Origin: Balanoglossus misakiensis
Lineage: Eukaryota > Animalia > Hemichordata
Assembly (NCBI GenBank): GCA_040954595.2
Contig: CM082598.2
Coordinates: forward strand, 9,563,097 to 9,627,096
Direction: 5' to 3'
DNA: 64,000 nucleotides
Below, one piece after another: positions 12,001 through 21,552 of this stretch. Below the pieces are notes generated by a model, which saw only the letters and a program-made list of their open reading frames with translations, did no database searches and was not told where the DNA came from. Position 1 is the first letter of the stretch, and every line of letters begins with the position of its first letter. Position numbers and translations under genes: made by a program.

Positions 12001-13980
12001 AGCCCCTCTGCAGATCAACAGCCAGAATTGAACGTCTATGTCTACGTATGCAGCCATACAAATTCAGAGTGGTCTACCGCCCTGGTAAGGATAATCCTGC
12101 AGATTACATGAGCAGACATCCTGAGACTGCCACGACGAAATCCAGTGATCACACCTCAAGAGTTGATACATATGTCAACTTCATCACAGAGAATGCAGTA
12201 CCAGATGCAATGACACTCGCAGAAGTACAGGCAGCGACTGCCGAAGATGCAGCATTGCAAGAGTTGTCACAGGCAATAATGACGCAGCAGTGGTATGACA
12301 CAACCACAGATGTTAGTCACTACAAATCTGTCAAAGAAGAGCTATCTGTAGCCAACGGAGTACTGTTGAGAGGAAGTCGATTGATCCTACCTCAGAAGCT
12401 ACAGAGAAAAGCTGTACAGTTGGCTCACAGTGGTCACCAGGGTGTTGTGAAAACAAAGAAGTTGCTACGAGAAACAGTATGGTTTCCCGGTATTGACAGC
12501 ATGGTTGAGGAAATGATAGCAAAATGTATACCGTGCCAAGCAGCCAATCACAGTCCAAAACCAAGCTCAGAGCCGTTGAAGATGACAACATTACCTTCCG
12601 GTCCCTGGGAAAGTCTATCCATTGACTTTTGTGGTCCCTTCCCTAATGGAGATTATCTTCTAGTGGTCATCGACGACTACAGCAGATTCCCAGAGATAGA
12701 ATTCCTGAGATCTACTTCAGCAAAAGCAGTCGTTCCGCATCTAGATGCAATATTTGCACGACAAGGCATACCAGACGAGGTGAAGACGGACAACGGTCCA
12801 CCATTCAACAGTGATAACTTCACCAGGTTTGCCAAGTACTTAGGCTTCAAGCACAAGAGAGTCACACCATTATGGCCAAAGGCTAATGGAGAAGCTGAGA
12901 GACTGATGAGAACGATTGAGAAATCAGCGCGTATAGCCGAGATTGAAGGCAAGAATTGGCGACAAGAACTGTTCAAGTTTCTCCGCCAGTACCGAGCCAC
13001 ACCACATTGCACTACAGATAGATCCCCAGCAGAATTGCTCTACGGAAGAAAGCTGAAAACAACCCTGCCAGTTATTCAGCAAGAAATCCACAAGCCCAAG
13101 ATGGATGTGTCAGCCAGAGATGCTGAAAAGAAACAGAAGATGAAAGAGTATGCTGACAAGAAGAATCATGCAAAACCATCCGATCTCCAGATAGGTGATC
13201 AAGTACTTGTCAGACAACAAAAGAAGAACAAGATGTCCACTCCATTCAAGCCAGAACCATATGAAGTGGAACAGCAGAAAGGAAGTATGATTACAGCACG
13301 TCGAGGAAGTCACAGAATCACTCGCAATTCATCATTCTTCAAGAAACTGCGATATGGGAACGGAGATGTCCCCAAAGAAGAGGATGAAAACATCGTTGAA
13401 GACATCGAACTTCCTGTTTCTCCAGACAAAGTCAAAGCTGAGATGCAAGAAACACCACCAGTGTCCTCTGAAGGTTTTCCTGAATCGCGTCGATCATCCA
13501 GACTGAGGAGACCTCCTGAGTATCTGAAAGACTTTGTCACCTGATTTGACATTTGATGCTTTTTGCAAACTGTTGTTACGAGTTGAAACACTGAAAGTAG
13601 CATATCGGACGTTGTTGCTACTCGTTTACGTTGTTCGTGTTATCGAGTTCAGAGTTGTTTACATTTTCTAGTTGTTTGTTTTATTGTTATACAACCAAAA
13701 GTAATCAACACTAGCACAAAAATGTTCATCGGACATTTCTCATGGACTATGAACTTTCTCTATTTTGGTCATTGACTATATTCTATCCAAAGAGAGGAGG
13801 GATGTAATGTCCTGACTGTTCCGTTATACGAATGAGAACTCTATGTGTCCGCATGACCTTTGACATGTATTTGCATATTAGAAGAATCCAGCATGGCTTC
13901 CTACCAGCCATTGCATACTGGCCAATAAAGCATCTTGATTACCAATATTTCCCGTCCCCATTTCCATGGTATATCCTACA
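9040..13980 (+). mobile_element. Gypsy LTR retrotransposon B (Mag/K02A2.6-like), very young
   Basis: 178-bp LTRs (9040-9217, 13803-13980), identical by eye; TSD GATGT (9035-9039, 13981-13985); PBS TGGCGACGAGGATG at 9221; PPT AAAGAGAGGAGGGA before 13803. Confidence 0.97.
9530..13544 (+). CDS. Gag-Pol polyprotein of Gypsy B (one frameshift near 9941)
   Basis: Gag N-terminus at 9530-9941 continues in another frame as CSSSRLRRRVLRED. Two knuckles, protease LIDSGA, RT (KIDLNKGYHQ, NISDDIIV), RNase H and integrase DDE are all open to 13544. Confidence 0.93.
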
Positions 13981-13985
13981 GATGT

Positions 13986-16900
13986 GACGACAGAATCTTC
14001 AATACGAATGATGAATGAGCATATCTGACATTTGGGATCTTCGCAGCTAGGGGCATTGCGACTTGCAAAATCAGAGGGTACGTTGGCAGAACCAGCAAGA
14101 TGGCGTAAAGCGACCTGGTATCTGCTCGCAATTGACAAAAAGGACGTAACTCGTGGGCTGGCTGAGAACTCTCCTTTGCAGAGCTTGTCGACGGCTTGTA
14201 CACAGGGCTTACTGTCCGTGAGAACGCACACCTGGTGGTCGGACTGTATGATGAATGGGCTGAAGTGCTTTATAGCAGCGGCAATGCAAAGTGCTTCTAT
14301 CTCGCATGGTAGCCACGTGACTTGGTGTTTACGTAGTTTGGCGCTGAAGAATCCGGCGAGATGTGTTGTTGAGTTGCGTGTTACATACAGTGTGGCACCG
14401 ATTCTATGCTTTGTAACAGATCCATCTGTGACAATCCATAATTGGTCTGTCGGTTGGGGGGAGTACTATGGTCTTGTTGTGCTTTAGAGATTGTTGTGCA
14501 TGGTGAAACTTGTGAAGGAGCTCGTCAGACCATACAATTTTGTCTTGTGACATCTTGCCTGTTATAGCTGATTCTAATGGAGTCAGGAGATGTGAGCAGC
14601 CCTTAATGACACGGCTCAATACTTTGTATGCACCGATGAATGAGCGGACGCCATGAACTGTGTCCGGTGGGGAGCATGTCGATAGTGTGGCAACGCGATG
14701 CGGGCTGGCGGAAATCTTACCTCGCTGCCAGATCCAACCAAAAATCATTGTTGATTTTGGACAAATGGTTGTCTTCGATGCGGCTAAGCGGAGGTTGCAT
14801 TGACTGAGGGCTTGGAGGGCTCTTTCCAAGTTGTGTAGAAGGTCTTGGGGTGAATCACCACCACAGTACAGGTCATCTGCGATCTTTGTGACCACACCCT
14901 CCTGGATAAGGTCGCCTAGTACGCGGCACATGAGTTCTTCAAGCGCAGTTTCTGATCCAGGCATACCCATAGCTGATCGGGTGTAAACACGGACACCGCG
15001 ATATGGTGTTACTTCTCCACTATATTTCATCGACTGTTTTGCGAGGGGGATCTGGTAGAATGCGCTTGTCAAATCTGATGTGATGATATACTTCCACCTG
15101 GCAATTGTACGAAGGGTGGAATCTACGTCTGGCATCAGCGACGGTTGTGGCTTACTGTAACGACCGACGTCTGCGAATGCTGTTACTAGACGAAAGCCAC
15201 CTGATTGCTTTTTGACGAGGAAGGATGGGTTCAGGTATTCTACGGTGATGCCCGCGGCTTCTGGGGTTTTGAAGACTCCCATTGTCTCAAGTTCATCGAA
15301 CTTGTTTTGTAATTCAGTGAGTTTGTCGCGGGAATATTGAGGCACTCTTCCTTTTCTCTGTGGTGGTTCGACCGGACCCATGTTGACAGTGGCCTTGAAG
15401 TCACCTTTCGCTCCATTGTAACACTCAATGGACGGGTTGAAGACATTGTCATACTCGCGTAGGAGGTTGCGGAATTGTGAGAGGTCTGATTCCGGTAATA
15501 TGTTGTCTGGGTCTAACTGGACTGCGCTCGAATGATCCACCGTTGTTTTTGTTGGGGGAATGTGCGTGGTGATCGGAACGCTATTATCAGGCTTGGTGGT
15601 ATTAGGTGGGGTCACGTAGCGAACTTGACAGAAGTGGTCGTTGCGACGAAGTCTTCTAGGCTCGGTAGACTCGTTGTATATACGTACTTTGCCAGCGACA
15701 GCTTCTAATTCTATGATGCTCGGTTTCGGCCACGTACCTGCACGTACTGGTTTGTGTTTAGAACTGTCTGAATCACATCTGGACTCAATGGCTAATGTAC
15801 CTTCTGGGTCTATCACTGGGGGCACAGCTACTTCCAGGTATTCACCAGGCCATACGACTGTTGACGAGGGTGGTGATCGTAACACGAATGACTGTGTGCG
15901 ACGTACGGCATGTGTCTCTGATAGGTTGGTGGTGTGGCCGTATCGTGTGACATCTACACCTTTGATTGTCACTTGACTTTTTGCTGGGCGGACGGATATA
16001 TCGTTTTCCGTCATGAACGGCGTGCCTGCTAGGACGTCAACGTCAAGTTCTTCAACTATTAGTGCATCAAGTTTAAGTTCAATGTCACCTCTGGCTAGTA
16101 CGATGTGTGTTTCACCAATAACACTTAATGGTGTTATACCATCAGCTTGAAGTGCTTCTTTGTATTGGTGCACCGATGTACTTCGCGGTGGATGCCTTTA
16201 TCATGTTTGTCTCCGCCCCTGTATCCAGTGTCAGTCGTAACGGGTGATGGCAGTAAAAGGCTTTGACATATGTGGATTGTTTAATGTTGACACGGTATGT
16301 GCAAACGGGGTCGATGTCGATGGCGGCCTCGTTGTCGGAATCATTTTGTAGTGGACTGCTGTCATCCTCCTCATCATGACATGTAGTGTGTCGACTTTTG
16401 GTGTGGTATAACCTGTCCTCCTGAGGTAAGAATTTGCACATACTCAGAAAATGTTGATATTTTGGACGTCCTGCTTTCTTGCATAGGGGGCATGACTTGT
16501 TGCTTTGGCGTCTACTGGGTGGTGTATCATCACTATATGTGGCTGCAGGCTGCGTATTTGTGCGTGTGCGGACAAATGACTTGGCGACAGAACGGAGGAC
16601 CTTGGCCTCGGTTGCTGAGTGGATCTCTTCCAGCAGAGAGGGTAACGCCTGGGATATTTCTGGTTTAAGGGTAGCTAGTGTTTTTGACCTCAACTCCGTC
16701 CCATAGCGTTGCTTTACCAGGTTAGGGAGATCTGGGTGGACAAGTCGTACCCAGGTGAGGACCACCATATTTTCTAATGTGGGTGACATATCTTCATCAA
16801 CGCCTGGCTGTGTACCGAGGTGGCTGATGTTGCCATCCACTCGTAGTAAATTATCTTCTACAAATGATATCAGCCGTTGATACAGGTCTTCAGGTCGCTC

Positions 16901-17322
16901 ATCAGTTTCTAGTTTAATATTGTTAAAGTCTAAGAAGTGAGCACCTGATGACTGAAACCCGTAGTGGAGACGAATAGCCTGCCAAATTGATGTTATAGAA
17001 GTCGAATTCTTAATGATCGTGTTGCGAGATATATCGGGGCAGAAGTTTGCGATCTGACCCAGCATTAGTTCGAGGTGTGTGACTTTCTGTCCTGAAGTGC
17101 GCCGCCTACGTTCGTCAATATCTACACCGTCATCGGTAAACCCACGTAGTGGTGACGTATTCGATTTCTTACCCCACGTAGCACCTTCGACGAGGAAATC
17201 GGCGAAGTTCGGATCCAGGGAAAGTACATATTGTAAGTTCTGACGCCACGCTTCGAAGGAAGTGATGGTCTCCCGTTTGGTGGGGCCCATTGTTTTGGAG
17301 CTCGTACGGTGAAGGTCGCCAT
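13986..17322 (-). pseudogene. Gag-PR-RT-RNase H of Troyka-1 (frameshifted)
   Basis: ATG at 17322 (MATFTVRAPKQW); gag with CPLC..H..C; protease LDTGAE; RT SDLTSAFYQ..MGMPGS..KIADDLY; RNase H VTDGS..EIEA..LTDSKP..DFASR. Frameshifts near 17285, 16160 and 14455. Confidence 0.92.
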
Positions 17323-17457
17323 ATTGCTTTGACTAAAACGGAACACTGAGTCTATGAGTGAACTTCCTACCGCTATCGAGAAAGCGAACTCCCTGGTCGG
17401 CGTCTGGACGTGTCGTTATCTTCTTTCGATATCGAGAAGCGTAGATTTTCGTTTCTG

Positions 17458-17468
17458 CGCTGCCACCA
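17458..17468 (-). promoter_or_regulatory. Primer-binding site (tRNA-Leu-like) of Troyka-1
   Basis: Minus-strand TGGTGGCAGCG immediately follows the 5' LTR and is complementary to a tRNA-Leu 3' end ...CGCTGCCACCA. Confidence 0.75.
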
Positions 17469-17599
17469 CGCCAGTAAACAGTCGAACACCAACCAGTCGA
17501 GTGATAGGAATAACGTTTTAATGCAACAACACGAGGCAACGAGAGTCGAGAGAGAGATCTCACGAGACAACACGAGACTAACCAATACGCCGACTGGCG
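17469..17599 (-). repeat. 5' LTR of Troyka-like element 1 (131 bp)
   Basis: Direct repeat of 1716-1840; adjacent PBS. Confidence 0.95.
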
Positions 17600-17801
17600 A
17601 GGGGTATTTATTAAGACCAAAACTACTAGACACTGACAAACTACAAGTCACGTGTTGGGCCCTATTGTAATGCAAATGCAAATGCAAATGAGGTCTGCTG
17701 GCATAGGGGCCCAACACTGCTGACCTAACTATTACACTACTAAACTTAGTATGGACTAAAGTCCCCAAGACCCAAGATACCTGTGGATGTTGGGTGTAAA
17801 T

Positions 17802-18797
17802 TTAGGAGCTAGGGAGCTGGGAGGCGAACTGGTTGATACTCAGAATGCGAAGTGGGAGAGATGGGTGAAGATACTTTCTAAAGGAGTCACTTTTCCAGTC
17901 ACCCAACAATTTAATAAGTTCAGGAGAAATACCACACTGCAAGGCCCAAGATGCACCACCCCGTCGGAAACTATGAGTGGAGTACTGGTCAACATTGTGG
18001 ACAATAGGGGCCAACAGACTGAGCATACGCTTGGAGAAGGCGGGTGGGAGAAAGGGACGGGCGGGAGGGATGACAAAGGCTGGGCCATCCAGAGGGGCAG
18101 GGGTAGCTAGAAACGCCGATAGGACAGCAGATACCGGGCAAAGGGGATGTCCTGGGAGGATGGGGAGAGGTACGGTAAGTTCACGATCCTTGGTCTGAAT
18201 GGTTTTGACCACATAACAACCACACCAAGACCCCAGGAAAAAAACAAGAAGTCGCCGCGAGTAAGATGCTTGGAAGAGTCGAACAACTTCAGAGAAGGTG
18301 GGAGTACATTTGATTTTCGAAATAACCCGAAAAACAGAACAAGACAAATAGCCCAGAAGACTAAATCAACAGTAAGGGATAGGTCTAACTGAGACCGAAT
18401 ACCGAACAAAATGTGAGGGGTGACAGGAAGTTTTCGGCAAACAGAAGTACCCTTCACACGGGCCACACCTTTAAGGATAGTTAAGAGGGTAAAACTGCTT
18501 GTGCTGTCAAGGGGGTTGTGAAACCCACATTCAGAGTGAATGAGACGGACAATGCTAAGATACTGGCGGATAGAAGAGACCTTCAGGCGTCTAGCGAGAT
18601 AGACTACATACCTACACATGACAAGAGGGTCCACTGGTACCGGACAGTAACCAAAAGTCAGACAAAAATCCAGATAGGCCTTTACGGTGAACCGCATAAG
18701 TAGCTTTAGTGAACTGAGCAAAAGTGTGCCCTCTGTAGAAAGCAATTTCTAAATCCAGCTCATTTTCTAGCTGCTTCAGTTGGGAATCTGAGGGCAA
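17802..18797 (-). pseudogene. Tyrosine recombinase of a Ngaro/DIRS-type retrotransposon (two frameshifts)
   Basis: Catalytic R-H-R-Y pattern in FFGLFRKSN, STHSFRRGGAS and GDWKSDSFRKYL; SAM-like N-terminal region SIRQYLS. Confidence 0.9.
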
Positions 18798-19589
18798 AGA
18801 AACAGAGCAGTAGTAGGAGACATATGGTTATAAAAAGTAGCAATAAAATCTGAAAAGGGGACTGCAGGGCTGTAATGAGAGCAAAGAAGAGAATAAAGAC
18901 GCCAGGCTTGCCCTGCTTGATGTAGCTTGGAGATAGCATCAGGGATGTCATTATCTTTACCTGGGACATGTATTGCTCTCATGTTGAAATTGTAACGCAC
19001 AGAAAGCCAAAATAAATCACGAAGGGCAGCCATAACTGCAGGATTGCGGGAAGTACCATGATTGATACAGGCCATGGCAACAGTACTATCGGTGAAGATA
19101 TGGACAGTAGAATTTGTCCAATATTTCGCCCAACGCCTGGCAGCTAAAATGATGGACAGAACTTCCTTATGATTGCTATGCAGGGATGCGACTTCAGGCC
19201 AGTCGCAGGACCAACGGGTGTACTGCCAGTCTCCTTTGTAGAAAATACCAGAGGCTAAATTAGAAGCATCAATGTGGACATCTGTAATAGGGCGAGGGTC
19301 AATAAATTTACCGGTAGTAGCACCATTGAACAAAGGCAGGCATTGTAACCACCACTTAACATCAAGGTGGAAATCCTTAGAAAGAAGCAATTTATGCGAA
19401 GAACAGCGAAGTTTGTTTAGCTGGGAGAGGATTCGCCGGAGGAAAGTCCTACCTCCTTTGATCACTCGGCATGCCCAAGCTAATTTGCCAGTAAGGGTTT
19501 CAAGTTGGCGGCGGCTAGCTCGTTTTCTCATGGAAAACGTCAAAAGCAGATTGTATAAATCTGTAAGCTTCTGCGGCGGTAAACTACGC
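18776..19589 (-). pseudogene. RT C-terminus and RNase H of the Ngaro/DIRS element (5' truncated)
   Basis: GKLAWAC..GRTFLRR; RNase H HIDAS, HSNHKE, FTDS, HVPGKDNDIPDAIS. It overlaps the YR ORF with no methyltransferase in between, a Ngaro-like layout. Confidence 0.88.
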
Positions 19590-19656
19590 TTGCAAACAAA
19601 CGCTAATGAACACAGTGATCCCCCTACCTGGTTACACTTGAATTTGAACCAAGTTA

Positions 19657-19694
19657 CCGTACTTGCCCGGGTAAGAGCCCCGGGTGCTGGGCCC
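19657..19694 (+). mobile_element. Orphan left end of a pogo/Tc1-mariner MITE
   Basis: TA followed by ccgtacttgcccgggtaagagccccgggtgctgggccc, identical to the start of the MITE at 38508. Confidence 0.75.
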
Positions 19695-19944
19695 CCAAAT
19701 TGACAAATTAACCCTTACAACTTACGATCGCATGTAGAGTGACTGGCTCCGCTTACTCTGTGTCGCTGGAACCTGCTCAAGTACGTACTCAAGTTATGAC
19801 ACCTCTGTTTGTATTTTCTACTCTCTTCCTGAATGTTGATATCAACGGTTTATGCTTAACTTTGACCGCAATATCACACTTGAACTCAGCTGAGCTGAGC
19901 AGATCTTGTAGGTTCAAAGGTCACGAAAGTAAAAAAAAAAAAAA

Positions 19945-20442
19945 TACAGGCATGAAATTTTTATTACAGGCATGAAAAAAGAATTACAGGTATGAAATTT
20001 TTATAACAGGTATGAAATTTTTATTACAGGCATGAAAAAAAAATTACAGGTATGAAATTTTTATTACAGGTATGAAATTTTTATTACAGGCATGAAAAAA
20101 CAATTATGGGTATGAAATTTTTATTACAGGTATGAAATTGTTATTATTTTAGGTATGAAATTTTTATGAAATTTTTATTATAGGCATGAAATTCTTATTA
20201 CAGGCATGAAAAAACAATTACAGGTATGAAATTTTTATTACAGGCATGAAATTGTTATTATTTTAGGTATGAAATTTTTATGAAATTTTTATTACAGGTA
20301 TGCAATTTTTATTACAGGTATGAAATTTTTATTCAGGTATGAAATTTTTATTACAGGCATGAAATTATTATTACAGGCATGAAAAAAAATACAGGTATGA
20401 AATTTTTATTACTGGTATGAAAAAAAAATTACAGGTATGAAA
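19945..20442. repeat. Minisatellite, ~20-bp unit TTATTACAGG(T/C)ATGAAATTT
   Basis: About 25 head-to-tail units with A-run and T-run variants; no unique spacers. Confidence 0.95.
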
Positions 20443-20457
20443 TAAAAAAATATATAT

Positions 20458-20778
20458 ATTATACCAGTATATTGATGGTGTAAATCACGCTATTTTATTG
20501 GTCGAGACACGACACGTGACTGTGATATATTCGTCATATACCACAGTCATATATCACGCAAAACTCATAGTCAAAGAAAATGCCTTTTTAAAATGTTTTA
20601 TGCAAAGTTTCAATAAACTGGTATAATATAATAGCAATAAAACACCCCCAGCCATGGTATACCACGAGATTTTGACCAGTTCAACTCCATATACGCAAGA
20701 GCGATAGCGAGTGCGTATATGGAGTTGAACTGGTCAAAATCTCGTGGTATACCATGGCTGGGGGTGTTTTATTGCTTA
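20458..20778. mobile_element. Non-autonomous hairpin-ended element (Crypton-V-like architecture)
   Basis: IR attataccagt (20458) / actggtataat (20617), then a near-perfect hairpin at 20633-20776. Confidence 0.8.
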
Positions 20779-21552
20779 ATTACTCCTGTGGCCTCATTAA
20801 GCCTCCGTAGGTGAGTTTGGGCGGAATTTTATCTTATAAATAAAAAAACTCCAGCTAGATAAAAAGTAGTTTTGTGAAGTCCTCTTGGATGGGTAGTAGA
20901 GAAGTGGCACTGTTTTTTGTCCGTTGCCGCAGACTGTGAGTCTACAGGCTTGAAGGGCTGAGTACAGAATTTCCAGTTTCAATACAAACATTTTACAAAT
21001 CATTTTAGGTGGTTTTCAGATCCCAAAAGTGATTACAGTTTTCAACCAAGTACTCACTCCGAGACTGATGGCGACTAGTACAAGGCTAAGTTACCGATCA
21101 GAACACAAACTGTCCATGTCCAACAAGCCTGTGCGTTATTCTATCCGCGAAGTGGTCACATCACTGAAAAGTAAAATTGCCATTATTTGCCTTATGAGGG
21201 AGCCCTACAGTGAGGTCATGGTTAATGATAGACAAATACTAGTAGTACATTAGAAAGAAATATTATCATTAAATTATCAGTAGATCAAACTACAAAACAA
21301 AATATTATATTTTTATCAGAAAGCTGGGTCACATATAGCATGGTTGGGGAAGTTGTCAGTAGGTAATGAACATTATTAAAGCTATCTAGTGTTGTCTTGC
21401 AACAGTTGATAAAAAACCCCAAAAGGTGATACCCAGCCTTGCACTCATGATTTTGTAATTTTAATGTTTGGTCTTTTAAGTTTATTCAATGGACAAAATT
21501 GAAATTTCAACATCTGAAGCTGTACCTTAAATAATGGTTATATTTCCAGCTA

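Larger units (their letters stand above)
1716..17599 (-). mobile_element. Troyka-like (non-canonical Gypsy) LTR retrotransposon 1, full length, with two nested Gypsy insertions
   Basis: Direct-repeat LTRs at 1716-1840 and 17469-17599 with CGCCAGT...ACTGGCG ends; AGG on both sides (1713-1715, 17600-17602); PBS and PPT present; gag-PR-RT-RH-IN order on the minus strand. Confidence 0.92.

Noticed and set aside
19945-20442. CRISPR-like array
   Set aside because: The repeats are contiguous with no unique spacers, there are no cas genes, and the context is eukaryotic; it is a minisatellite.
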